DNA of 63,847 nucleotides, counting the filler, from Choristocarpus tenellus KU-1152 (Eukaryota; Protista; Phaeophyceae), in assembly GCA_964200185.2 (NCBI GenBank). It is 10 parts of 10 records of this genome, joined end to end, with 100 filler letters (N's around TTAATTAATTAA, not from the genome) between each part and the next. Parts side by side here need not be neighbours in the genome. Positions count along the whole stretch, not along the records: positions 1 to 3,874 come from CAXNAD020017454.1; positions 3,975 to 15,134 come from CAXNAD020002473.1; 8 more parts are not named here. One strand, written 5' to 3'. The translations under genes and the position numbers were made by a program. This document shows positions 1-13,253 of the stretch, in pieces; position 1 is the stretch's first letter; each line of letters starts with the position of its first letter. The notes under the pieces are model-generated. The model worked only from the letters and a program-made list of their open reading frames with translations. It had not been told where the DNA came from and made no database searches.

Positions 1-999
1 ATATCCCGGGCCCTTCCAAGTGCAAAAACAGTTGCAAAAAAAACCTTTCGGTACTTTTTCAAGACCGTTTTTGCAAAACAACCATCCTCATAGCCCCGCT
101 CCCTCAATTTTTAAAATCCACTGTTCTGAGCACAGACAGGTGCCTTCGAATACCATTTATAGTGATGAATCCCATGTGTCCCAAATTGTCATGAAGAATA
201 TTGAGGTAGATTCACAGAAGTACTAATTGTAGGCTTTCAACATTTTTGAGTACACATGTAAGAAGAGTAGCAGGTCACAAGAAACACCAAAGCACGAGGA
301 ATATGAACAATTTGAGCCATCCTATTCCAGGGAGTACCATTGAGTACTTTGGTCACCCGTGACTGCCTTCCGATTAATTTGTTTCTAGAACACTGGATGG
401 CGATTTTGTGCTCATGTGGACAAATGACTGTCTCCTCTTCTACTGTGAGAACCTCCAAAGGGGTGTTGGCTGTATTTCAAGCATGGGAACACAGGTTGTC
501 AGGCAGAAGGTTTAACAAACCCACAAGCTCAACATAGACCCATAATTAAAATAGAAGGACTCATCAATGTACTTAATACATCGATGTATGCATCTCACAG
601 TACTGAATCCATACCTAAAAGGGTTCTTCTAGTTGAGACATGTTGAGGAATTAACCATCTCAGGAAAAAAGAAAAAAATATGTAGCATTACTGTCACACT
701 TGGCCTCTTCTTTGTCCATTCCTTCCTGATCTGCCTCTATGACTTCTCCCACCCCATGGACCGCGTCCTCGCATGGTCTCTGATCCGCCCCCAGCCCCAC
801 CTTGTACACGTCCCTCCCTTCCATCATTTCCCCTCCCCCTGTCCCGGGCATCACCCTGCGCCCAACCACGACCACTACCATTGCCCCACCCTCTGTCCCC
901 CCGTCCACCTCCACCTCCAGCCCATCCTCTGCCACGTCCACGACCCCTACCAGCTTCTCCATACAAGGTACCCCGGCTGGTAATCGAGTGAGGCCCATG

Positions 1000-3270
1000 A
1001 TATGCAGCAGCAGCATGGACCAAGGGTTCATGCAACAAGGTAGATACCTTGTCAATAGTCTCTGATGCTGTGGCGCCTAGGTGTTGCCCAGGATTCTGCA
1101 TGCTTTGAGCAAATATGCCATGCAGTCTGTGTCGGAGAACCAGGAGGTGCTGTCCAAGGAGTGCTGACACCTATATGTGTAATGTCATGCGGAACATGAA
1201 ACTGTGCATTAGTATTAGTTTTACATGCCTTGTACAATAGTCCTACATGCTACATGAACGGAGTAAAGTAGCAATCCTTTTCTGTCTGAGGTCCTTGTGT
1301 AACCTAGACACCAATTTCTCTTCCTAGATCTTGCTAGTAGTTGAACATAATGATGCACCCAGTTCGGATGTTTCTTTGTTCAGAAGATTGCAATATAACC
1401 AAAAGCATTAATGAGACATGTGCAAGGTGGAGTACTTCTAGTAGATCAAAACACATATGAGAAGGAGTGTGTGAGGGCTTTTTTGCACGTGGGCCACAGG
1501 TAGTGAGAGCTGTACATAAACACACGATTTGCTCCAGTGGATCATTCTAAAATACTCTCGATTTGGTCTCTACTTTAAACTTTTCCCAATTCTAGGGACC
1601 TCCCAAGAAATCCTATCAACATCAATTTAATCTTGTAAAGAATGCACTCCTCCAGTTCTTCATAGGTTCAAATGCCGGACTGCTGGGATACTACACAGCA
1701 ATTTTTTGCTGATAAAAAAAGAAACTGCAGTACATATATATATAATATGGGACAAGATTCCTTGCAGTAAAACATGTGTTCCAGGTAATGAGTACCATTA
1801 TTACCCGAGGCAAACAGGAAAAAGTACCACAACAAAAATGGCAACAATCCATCGGTTTTTGTGGTTCCAGCCATGGCAACTCGTTGTGGAAGGGGTACCA
1901 CCATGAGAATTACACACCACTTCAACCCCTCCCTCCACCCTCCCCAAAAAGAAACATGTGCAAGAATGGGTTGTTGGTAGCACATCCAACGCAACGGGGG
2001 AAGGAAAGGCAATGAGGTCAAATCAACCTTTTCCCAAACAAAACCTTGGTTCCAAGGAATGGGCGCCAGGTCAACAAAACAGCAAAAATTACAAGAGTAT
2101 CTCACCCTGAACTGGACCCACTCGTCCAGCAAAAACAACATCCCATCCATGCTGTCCTCACTCTTGAGGCCATCATCATCATCATCATTCACAAACAAAA
2201 GCTATATGAGAGTGATGGACAAGAAATGTTTGTTAGTGATGTAGGTACCTTGGCATCTGGTCTTCATGCATTTATGATAAAAATTGGAATGTGGAACATG
2301 GACGCACTCTTCCACAGGGAAGTGAGCAAACAGCACACTGACCAAAAGAACAAATCTATTCCCATTGGTGTATAAAATCCTTAGAATACTGCACAACGAA
2401 GCAGGTCAACAAAACTACACTCTGCTCTTCCAAAAACCAGGAATTCTCTTGAGAGAGTCTCGGGATGGGGAAAATGTACAAGGAGGATGTTACGGGTAGG
2501 TTCCATGCTTCTGGAAAATGTAACACATGTGTTGAACTTGGACCTACTCTTTAATAAAAATATGTCAATTTGATGGGAACGCTGACATAATTTCTGCAAC
2601 AAAGAAATGATGCATTCTGTTTTGGCGAGGAATGTGGGGGCTTGCTTTGAACATCACATACTGGTATCACACCTCCTCTGCCCTGAGGTTGCCACACAGC
2701 AGTAGCAGAGCAATGGGGCTAACAGGTGTGACATTGCTCATAACAAAGTTGTTTGCTGTACGCATCATCTCCCCTGTAGTGAAACAACAAATTTGTTTGC
2801 AAACGCCAAATCAGGGACATCAAGAGTAAGGGTAGGTTGGTGAAGTGAAGAAGATGGGTAAGAAATATATTGAAAAAAAACATATTTTGATGCTCTGGTC
2901 TTGTCAACATAAAAACCTTTTTCAAAATGAAAGGATGCTAAAAGCAACCCAGTTGGTAGCATTCCGGTACAGGAAAGCTCAATAAATTCAACTTCATGCT
3001 TCCATTTTCGTTGCATCTCAGACTTCAGAAACTCACTAAACAACCTCTACTTGCTACCTAAAAAATACTCCCAATCCTCTTATCCAGATAGGTACAATGA
3101 CAACAGGATAGGACTTATTCCTCAAAAGAAATAATGTGCCAAGCATTTGTTTGCTTCAAAATATTGAACTCATCTCTTCCATCCACCACAAGCATCAATA
3201 ATAGTAAAAACATTGATGGGTGGAGTGCTCTCCATGTAGGCCCAGACTCAAAGTAAAACCACCATTACAT
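1000..3270 (-). pseudogene. Heavily decayed Mutator/MULE-like transposase with SWIM zinc-finger remnant
   Basis: Frameshifted minus-strand fragments in MULE order: PIALLLCGNLRAEEV (~2670-2715), a degraded LLCxFH-like stretch (~2470-2490), YITNKHFLS (~2215-2245), and IVCLCTALTTCGP followed after a frameshift by CKKAL (~1475-1530), which resembles a SWIM finger. Many stops. Boundaries approximate. Confidence 0.4.
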
Positions 3271-3874
3271 GATGTTTACAGGCAGCATAATATCAAGAAC
3301 CCACCAGGTCGGGAGAAAGGGGTAAGGGGAGGGATATTGCCAACATTTCTCACCAAATGCAATGAATTCAGTGTGTTGACTGGTTGAAGGTTGGGAGAGG
3401 CGTTGGCCCTTGGACGCATTAATTGATGACATGTGCAGCTGATAGCCAAGTCAAGAGGCAGAGGAGGTGGGCGCAGGTGTGGGTCAACATGCTTGCAGGT
3501 AATCTCAACATTTGACAAAATCAGAGCCTGGGGAGCTAACCCTCTGCATAATCCGTGGGCCATCATCCCACTAATTGCACATTCTCCCAAAGCACTCATC
3601 TCAATCTTCATGTTTCCCCTTGAGCTTGTTCCTAGACCCCCCTCTCACTTGAAAAGGTAGTTGTGCAACTGTCTACCCTGATGGAACAGAAGGTACAGAA
3701 GTATCTCATTACTTGTCAAAGGGGCTTTCCACAATTCGACTGTTCTTTCCTCTAAGTCAGCTCCAAAGGTCAATTTCATGCCAACCACCATTTCCAGGTG
3801 TCTGTCCTTCAAACATTGTTACCAGTACACCCCCCCCCCCCCCCCCCCCCCCTCCCCTTTCACAACCCCACACA

Positions 3875-3974
3875 NNNNNNNNNNNNNNNNNNNNNNNNNN
3901 NNNNNNNNNNNNNNNNNNTTAATTAATTAANNNNNNNNNNNNNNNNNNNNNNNNNNNNNNNNNNNNNNNNNNNN
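3875..3974. other. Artificial contig linker (44N-TTAATTAATTAA-44N). Identical linkers at 15135-15234, 18033-18132, 23640-23739, 39634-39733, 43192-43291, 48329-48428, 53485-53584 and 59814-59913
   Basis: Nine identical 100-bp spacers carrying stop codons in all six frames, a known pseudomolecule-joining device. Confidence 0.98.
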
Positions 3975-5689
3975 CACGTTCCATTGTTAGCCTTGGTAGA
4001 TCGTCCTTTTTTGCAGTCTTCAACCCTGTCAGGGTCATCTATAGGTGGTCCATGTCATTGCCGCATCTGTCTATCAAGGATTGAACTTGCATCATTAGAG
4101 CACCGAGGTCACAAGAGACTTTGCATGTGATGCCTTTCCCTTTGACTTTAGCGACTGCAAACATACTGTGAGAAAAACGGACTTGAGTACGACAAGTACA
4201 TGATCACCTCGTCAAATTATCTCTTATCTCCACTCACTTGAAGGGAATGGAGTGGAAGGTGTCAGGGAGCATGTTGTGTGCTTGTTTGCTGGCAATTTTT
4301 TTTTATCTTGTCTACTCCGTGTTTGAAATGATATAAAAAATGGTTGATCCACAAGGATGCGGGTTTGTCGTGGGTCATACTACACAAAACCGGTTAAATG
4401 AAATACTCCCCATGTTGTTGAAGTGGTTGGAAAGAGGAATCAATTTGATAGTATTGACTTGAGGACCTTCACCAAAGCGTCTGAGAAAACCCCAGCTTCT
4501 TGCATTCGTCCCTGGCCTGAATATGCCTCAGTATATGATTCAACTCAAACGTCTCAACCACGCTATCACAATCCTCCAGGTAAGTTAGAGGCGAGAGTAA
4601 CATCTATCATGCTGGGGGGAGTTCAAGGCCATCCAAAATAGGATATACTCTTGAGCAAGAAGAACGAGCTAATGCTCTGCATGAGCCATTCTTAGAGAAG
4701 GTGTTGTTCAGTGTTTGGTATTCTTGTGACAATTTTCTGGTGATGCTTCTAGCAGTCTGGGAGGCAATTTAGTGCTTAGGTGTATATATTTTTTTCTCTT
4801 CTGCAACCACAGCCTTCTAAGGGGTGTCATGCAGGAGATTTCCATAGTCCTAAATTCTGTTGCAGTTTTGGTGATCGAATCTAGGGTACCTTTTACCAAT
4901 TCCTTGCACAGTCCACCACTTGGCATGACAACAGCTGCAGAGTCGGGTGTAGTTTGAACCCATTATGTGGAGTGGCCATGCAGCAAGTATTAGTAGTACA
5001 AAGAACTGGCGTAGTTTGAAGGACAAGTGTTTGGGATTGCAAGAAGAGAAACTACGATGTTCTGAATAGACGGGCAAGCAGGAGGCAGGATTAGAAATAT
5101 TCATCTAGGCATCCCGACAGCGCATGATGAGTCATTGATCAAGGGGGGATTATCCAATCTTGCAGTCGTTGCAGCAGCAACAACTAGGGGTGTCTGAGAA
5201 AATGATGACTAGTGGTCGAAATTACTGGAGATGTGGTTTTTAAAACAGGTTATATATACCATATTAATCATTCTCCCTTTTCTAGAATGATGGATCTCAC
5301 GCGTACTGCAGATGAAGGTCGACAAGGTTAGTGAAGAACGTATGGATGTCATTAATACTCAGTGAGAAAATCCCTTGTTCCGAAATTTACGTGGAATATT
5401 TTGCCCTGTAAGCGGCGTTGTGGGGGGTTGGGCACACAATTTGTTCATAGTATTCCGAGTCCCTGGAACCTCTCGATAACCATAGAGGGACAAGAAAGTA
5501 CAGAAAACAAAAGTCCAAGAAAAATAGGAAAGGGGTTCAAACCCACTACTTTCTTGCGGGAAACACTTCCCTTCCACAGTGATGAACAACAACAGAGAAT
5601 GGTTTGGATAAAAAACTGATGTGGAGAGTTGAGGTTGTGAATCTCTACAATATCTAGGTTGGAGACAGGAAGGTAGTGGTTAAACATAA

Positions 5690-5990
5690 TAGGTGGTCCT
5701 AAAACAGTAAATAGATTAATGTCTCAACATTTTGTTACAAGTGTTACTTTTTTAGCGATTTTTCTGACATATGAACAGTTTTCATTGGGTTTTTCATAAC
5801 ACATCTGGAAAATGTCAGAGGGCATAATAATAAAATGTACATGTGGTCTTTCTTATTCATCTGATATGTGTCAAGATGTATACACTCGTACGTACGGATA
5901 ATAATCATTGCTGGTCCAACAGATTCTGATCCTACTAGTTGGTCGTTATGACGCATCACATTTCCTTGTTGAAGGTATACCTTGAACTTT
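5690..5990 (-). repeat. Dispersed repeat family C. Other copies at ~11940-12050 (+), ~28740-28970 (+) and ~32420-32476 (-)
   Basis: Shared core TTTTATTATTATGCCCTCTGACATTTT(G/C)CAGA in four places. The 5690-5990 and 28740-28970 copies align over a longer stretch that includes the palindrome AAGGTATACCTT. Confidence 0.8.
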
Positions 5991-6193
5991 TGAACAACAT
6001 ACTTGCGCGTCAGAGGTACAAACTTGAGGAACCACGTCCTTCTGTTTGTACGAGGCACACGCTCTGACTGTGGACAAAAAATACAATCTACACACCGTAT
6101 TTCCACCTTACTGCTCCAACTCTATTTATAACCAACCCTTATCCCTCATCTACTGCTTCTGGCCGGAGTAACTCAGCCCTCTCCTTGTAAGCA

Positions 6194-7227
6194 ATGCGGG
6201 CTAAAACTATATTTCACACAGCTTGTGCTATGTGCACATTAGGCGCTGGAGACGCCTTCGTTCCCCAAGCTGGGATGCGTGCCAAGGCTGGTCTTCGGAG
6301 GTCACGCCCCACTTGCTGCGCTGTAATGCTGGGTTTAGGAACAACAAATGGAGATAAGGAAGAGTCCCCTTCCACTCCCTTCCGAGTTCTTCCAAACTTC
6401 GTTCCAGAGGAGAAGAGAAGACCAAAGACTTTTGTCTTGCGCGACATAACTGAATACCCAAATGCTGCTCTTATTGAGGATGCATTCGAGGTGTACGGTG
6501 AGTGTACTTGCTCTGGTAAAGTTTCACTGTTTGACATTTTCTATTCCCGCAATTGTGACATCGCCTTGAGGGATTTACATCGCTCATCCTTGCTCGTGAC
6601 CTACCCATATTTCCCGACACTTTTCTCCTTCCTAAATACAAACTGTTTCCTTTTCTTCTATGGTCTCTTTATCTAATTTTATTTAGCCATGGCCTGGGAG
6701 GAGTTCATGGATTGGTTTCGACGCACTGTCGATCGGAATGTACAAGGCATCCCTTTTGAGTTTGACCGCAGGCAATGGATGAGCAGTGTACGCAAGTGGT
6801 GCTCCAGGGCAGTCGAGGCTGATGAGAATGCCAAGGCGGTGAGAAATATCGCTGTGATTAAGTGGTCCTTGCGATAAATTTTGGTCCCATTGTTCAAGTT
6901 AGCACTGGTCATTGGAACATGCCATCTAGGAGATGATTCTTCGCCAATAACAACTTGGCCGTCAGGCTGTTGCCTCACTCTTCCTCTTTCCTTCTCTCCT
7001 TCCAGGAGTTCTTTCGGATGTATGGACAGGGCCTTCAGGAGCGTGATGCATGGGGAAGAGAGAATGTGTCTGTAGATACGAGGGTGGAGGATGAATGGGA
7101 CAACATATATATGGAGTGCAGTGACTGCGATACTTATGATGGACAGGAGATAATTGACTGTGCAATCCGGGGCAGCTGGTCATGTACCTATGAAGAGGAT
7201 GAGGTCAGAGGACTTGCCACTAGATGA
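6194..7227 (+). CDS. Hypothetical plastid-targeted protein, ~225 aa, 3 exons (6194-6497, 6687-6838, 7006-7227)
   Basis: Canonical splice sites (TACG|GTGAGT..TTTAG|CC; GCG|GTGAGA..TTCCAG|GAG) with matching phases give an intact ORF. The N-terminus MRAKTIFHTACAMCTLGAGDA-FVP is a signal peptide with an ASAFAP-like cleavage motif, followed by an Arg-rich transit peptide. Confidence 0.8.
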
Positions 7228-10200
7228 AACACCCTACGAACACGACTAATCCTCTACCTGAGATACTTCAGAATAGAGTGAAACGATTATAGGAGAGGGG
7301 TCGATTTTGGCCCTGTTGGGTTAAGGAACCATTTGAACTTGGTGCAATATACACTATGCGAATGCTTTGAGTGCAGTTAACTCCTCTTAGAAGGTTGCGA
7401 TTGTTCACATTGTTTGCAGGAGCTGCCCTTCACAGTTCTCAAAACAATTTTACCATGATGCAGTCACAAAGGCCCTTGAAACGCAGCAAGAACCTCTCTT
7501 AAATGATATTACTCTTGGTCTGTTGGGAGGTTTTCTTTTTTTCTGTAATAGGGAGGGGGGTATGTGCCTTTTTTTCTTATGTACTTTCTCACATGGGAAG
7601 CAATAATTGTAATGGGCGATGTTGGGAGAGGGACTTTCTGGGTGGGGGTAAGGAACCATCCCGATTGATAAAACTCTTTTTTCAAATATAGGATGTCAGA
7701 TACAGCCTCTCTCATTTTTCTCAAACCAACAAACAATAATTGCCCAATGTAATTTAGGATGGAATGTTACGGTGTGTTCTCTCTGCATCAGTGATATTTT
7801 CTCCTGGTCTTTGCTAGAACAAGAGTGCTCTGATGAATAGTTAGGGTACCCCTAGTTGTATTAATTGTTCCTTCACCCTTACTGTTCCAACTTATTTGGT
7901 GGGGAGTTCATTATTGTACTGATATGTCTTTTCTATCCCGATTCTTCTCATGTCCCACATCTTCCATTAGGCGGCCCTTGTCGACTTCTCCCCCCGCTGA
8001 TGATGAGTTGGCTCTATGTTTGGGGTTAGGACTCCTCATTTAGCGTCTCGGTGACTAGTTTTGTTCCATGTGGGACTTGTGGGAGAACTTCGGCTGCAAG
8101 GTCAAGATTTGCTCATTGTGTGGGAGATTGTGAAGATTTGTATATATATTTTGGCGGAGATTTATATCTAGGTTTTTTCGCCTCATTTCATAATTTTGTG
8201 TTCTTGTCCCTTGCTGAAGGGGTACATTTATGTTGATAGTTCAGAGTGTGTGTGTTTGAGTGCCCTAAGTGCATGTTGAGTGACCATGTTAACGTCTTAG
8301 TTTTGAAAAAAATCTGGCAGAATGAATTGCCTTGGAGAGAGGAGACTCTAAGTGGTGAGCAAGTAAACGGGCATAGGAAAAGTGGTATTAAATTTAGAAT
8401 GGAATATAGGTACCAAGCTTTATGCAACACTTGAATGTATGTCCCATCAACTGGGATCAGAGATGTTGGCTGTGAAGGGGGGGGGAAGAGGATAATCCTT
8501 CATCTGCTGGATGTTGTAGTTGTGCTCATCAAGTATCACCTAGCACCTTATAGCTTTGACTTGCTGAGCTTGTTCTTTGAGGTTATGCATCAACACCCTG
8601 ATGCCTCAATTTATGGGTAGGTATGGTACATTTTCTCTACTGCTACCTGATGTATTGCCTCAACCTCTTGATGAAATTTGCTGGGTGGTGTACATGAGCA
8701 GATGGCTTATGTATGGTCTTGCACAGGTTTAATGTGGTGGTTTCTGAGACATGCTGAAACAGAAAATGCATCAGAGCATGGGTTGTGCTGAGCATTGCGG
8801 GATAGAACATTGTAACTAGTGCAGGGCAGCAATGTGCTTTTTTTCTTATTTTTTTTCTTGGAGAGTATGTACAGGCTATGGTAGGAATGGTGTTGGAGCT
8901 GTTGTGTATTGTAGGAATGAACAAGAACACCCCGTCAGTGAAGGCGTATTAATAGTCGACTCTGTTGCAACACTGTGGGGAAAGATTTACCTTGAACCCT
9001 GTTGCATTGATATAACTGGATTTAGAATCCGCGCTTGTAGAGAGATGTAGGAGTGTTTCGAGTGGGCCATACTAGCTTTGTGCCATCTCCTACCCTGTCT
9101 CTGTGTGAGAGGCCTGGCCACATCTTCCACAACATGTGACTCTTTTTTAAAGATTTTTTTCTGTTCATCTTGTATCTTGTATCTCCTTCGAAAGTCCCTG
9201 TAAGACCTGTCTTCGCTGTGGGTTGAGTTAAGACACAGTTCAATAGAGACCCTTAGCGTAAGGCAATGCACATGATAGTTCTAAAAAGGTGCAAAATACA
9301 ATACAAGAATATCAACCTTGCACTTATGTGTGTACCAGGGAATGTTCTGTCACTTGATATTTTCATCACTCAGTAAGTTTAGTCTGGAGTATATATATAT
9401 GTGATATGGTAATGCAAGAGCTAACGTCTTCCAAATTGAAATTGGGAAGAGGATGCTTGTGTTGAGTGGACTGTGGACTCTGTCCAGGTAACTTGGAAAC
9501 TCTTCTGCCTGGGAAATTGGGGGTTAATGTAGTCATAGAACACCATCGTACTTACTGCTTGCAAGCACTGGTGAGCAACATTCTACACATGCTATTAATT
9601 GTTGTCATTCACGTATATTTCTGTACTGTGAATAAACTGCAGAACATTTTAATCGGATTCTGTATCAACTCGACTAGAACAATATCTACCTCCTTTTTTC
9701 ACCGATTTTCATTTCTAGTTAGTAATCAAGTAGATGCGGACTGACATTGTTGCTCTTCTGGAGCCTAGGACTCCCTTACGATTACCAGGTATTTCCCGAG
9801 CAATGCCCTCCATTGTGAGAATCGTTCACACTGGGAATTACACCAACTTTGTGTCCCTACGAATAAATTTGAGCTGTACAATTACAGGTAGTAGTAGTAG
9901 TAGTGAGTGCATATTGCGCATAGATGTTAAGTCTAATGTTCTCTGTCTCTGTTTTTCGTACTTCTTCATGTTGTCACCAATCTTCGTATGTATGAGTATG
10001 TGTTCCCTCTTTTAAAGCACAAACAGATAAGTGTGTGGATTGTGCACTCCTTATTTTGTTCTTTTGAGAACTACGCAGTACCCAGAACCACCTCTATTAA
10101 AAAGGTGGGTCAGTTTAGGCCATTCTGGATTCTAATGACACCCCATTCCCATGTCTAAAATGCAGCTAACCCCTCTTAAGAGGCTATGGCTGAAGAGGAG

Positions 10201-11554
10201 TACATAATAAGCATTTGGTCACGGAAGCACATGCACTAGAAGGCAGCCACAAAAGGGGCTTCAAATACTAAATGACACCCCCCTCTACGCTAGTATAGTA
10301 TTGATAGTATTGTGTGATAAGCAACATCAACTCAACAACCAGGAACATGATGGCGTCCTATCTCACACACACTTATTTCCTTTTTGAAGTTTTATTGAAT
10401 ACGCGCAACAATAAAATAGCAATTTGGCAGTGGTGCGTGCCGCATTTAGATATATTCAGGTACATTCTGAATCTTCAATGGTATCATAATAAAAAGTATT
10501 CTGAGTTGGATGCCAAATACTCCATACTTGCCTTAATATGAGTTTTTGAAGGTAGGGGTTGTTTTGTGGGCGATGAACTATAAATAAAGATCTCACCTCG
10601 TAAATTCCTCATTTCGATTAATGGTGTAATGAGATGGCGGTTGTCGGGACGATATGAAACTTGGAATTTACCTGCAGACGTTTTAAGTCATGATGCTGAT
10701 AACGATTTCTTGGCTGCATTCATACTATAGTGCTCACCCCAATTGACCTTTATTTATTTATTGAAATGCATTCTTGATACTATTTCGCAGTCCCAAAGTA
10801 GATCATAGTACCATGTGTTACTAGAGAAACCCCGGCAGTCTATGGTGATGGAAGAGGTAATGGATAGAAAAGAACATCAATATTGCTGATTTATCCACTA
10901 CACCTATTAATAGTTCACCTTATGAAGCAGTACTATTAACCTATACTACCGCTACAACTATTTTGTTGTTGTGTTGTAATAATAAAAATATATTATCATT
11001 AATAAAAAAATAATTTTAAATCCCCAAAGTAGTGTGTTAACACTCCTGAAGAAGTGAACGATATTGTACTACTACTACTTACTGCTGCTGCTACTGCACC
11101 TTACTCGTCTCCAAAATATTATCGTTTCACACGCTCCCTACTTCTACCACTTTCTTGTCGTTACACAACAAGCATATCTTTGGTATAGATTTCTTGGCAC
11201 ACACAGATCTTGTATATTAGCCGCACCTAGTTGTCTTTTTGAGATTACTACAAGTAAATACTCCATGTTCTTATTTCTACTTCTACTACTATTTGTGGCT
11301 ACTATTAGTACTACTGAGCCAAAGCAAAGATGGGTACCTGGGTCCTGGCTGTTTTTCATTTTAAGTCACTTGCTTCGTCTTTTCCAATTCACCTTTATTT
11401 CAATGGATGAAGTGCGCAGATTGACTTGAGAGTTTTGATTTCTCTATTTTTGGAAATGTCTATACATAATCACGAAAATTTCCTACACACGTTTGTACAA
11501 CAAGTCCAATTTTGCATATGTGATAGGGTCCTCAAAATGCAACCACGGACACCA

Positions 11555-11730
11555 GACCCAAAGTATCTGGGGGGGGGGGAACTACACCAGGGTGTTCATT
11601 TGGGTCAAAATCAGGAAAAGTGCATTTTTATTATCCATTAGACGTACGCAACCAAATCACCCAAAATTTGTGACTTGAAAAAATTGACCCCAAATGGACA
11701 GCCGCCCCCCCGCCCCAGATACTTTGAGCC
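11555..11730 (+). mobile_element. MITE family A, full copy (~176 bp)
   Basis: TIRs GACCCAAAGTATCTGGGG...CCCCAGATACTTTGAGCC. Non-coding and multi-copy in the window. Confidence 0.9.
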
Positions 11731-13253
11731 TCCACTCGTATACTTTGGCTCTCTACTATACGTAAGTTTCACAGTCTCCATTCTTTTTCTTGGAGTACAG
11801 TAAAGTTTGCAGGTAGCATAATTTATTATTGATGATATAATGGACTCTTTGTTTTGTGTATGAAAAAAAAAGACAACGCATAATGAGTAGGACATCTTAT
11901 AGTAGCGACAATCAGAATATTTTTGATTGGATTTCTTCATTACCTGGGACGAAGTACGATTTTTTTCAGATGGGTGCATATTTTTATTATTATGCCCTCT
12001 GACATTTTGCAGATGTGTCAAGGGGGAAACCAATCTAAACTATATGTACGACATATCGTTGCATATTCTGATCTTCTATTTTCCCATTAAAATCCTTCAT
12101 CCAAACACTGGTTTGGCTTCCTGTTCCACTTCGTTTGGAAGAGTTGAAAAATGTAACGATCCAACACAGTAAGGGACAAAAAAAGAAATTGGACCTGTTT
12201 CGAAAATAACCTCAGGAAAAAAGAAAAATTTGTAACTAATTGTTGGCCCCCTTTTTCCTTTTCTTAAGGACCACATATAATACTACATAGAAGATACTAT
12301 ATTGTCACATATAATATTTTGTATTATTATATATGTGATTTCTTGACCTCCCCCTACCCCTAGCCCCTCCTCCTGACCTTTATTCACCCCTCTATTTCAA
12401 TCGCTATTCCTTCCTCCCTCCTCACCTACTATGCCATCGTCACTCTCCTTGCCACTATAAGCGCAGCAAGCACGAGAAGAGTGAGACAGAACAAGAGGCA
12501 GCCAGTTAATTGCCATACTACACCTAGATGTGCATCCTTAGTGAAATTCTGTGCCCGAGGTATAAGTATGTACTCCTCCTGGTCTGTTGTTCCCGGCACA
12601 CCCATCAACTACCCACTATGTTTGTTGCACCTTGCCCCCCATTACTAGTATTACACCATTCCCCCTCTTAATCCATATTATTTGAAGATACAGGAAATAA
12701 AATTGTATTCGAGAGTAGTATCCAACAGGGTCGTTGAGGATGGTTTCTTTCGTGTCACAGTAGTCTAGGGATTATCCCGTCCTGTGGTCAGAAGCAATAC
12801 ACACTGCACCAATTCTCATACTAAGTTCTGAGTAGCACTGAATAATTGTTGTACTACCCATGATTGTACTATGCCTCTCTTCCTGCCCCTGCTTCTCCAG
12901 CGTTGTGTTCAACTCTTCCACCGCTCATCGCTCCTTCTCCTTCCGCGAATCTTCTGCCGGACCAGCCCTGGAGTTCCCACCTAAAAAAGTGGAATAGCAT
13001 AGTCGAAACCAGTTTTCCGAATGAAGAAATCTGGCGTCGAAGGGGTTCGAACCAGTCTAAACTAATGCGGGTAGCCGTACCCTTGACGATTGAGTTAAGA
13101 TGGCGTGAACCTAGGTCCTCGCGCGTTTTCTGGACGCACGATTTTTATGATTGTCCCTAACTCAACTTTCCTCCATACCTCATAACCGCAAGGAATACAA
13201 CTCTGTTGTTGTAAACAGGAGGTGTATAGACGCATAGATCGAGAGTGGCAGCC

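Noticed and set aside
633-1170. Overlapping Pro/Gly/Thr-rich ORFs on both strands
   Set aside because: Low-complexity C-rich sequence that lacks stops by composition, with no recognisable domain.
3919-3930. Palindromic TTAATTAATTAA repeated nine times
   Set aside because: Always centred in 44+44 N. It is an artificial six-frame-stop linker, not biology.
7760-8700. Possible decayed LINE 3' end (also 50900-51170)
   Set aside because: Only vague peptide resemblance (VGTVRVKEQLIQLGVP) and no RT motif.
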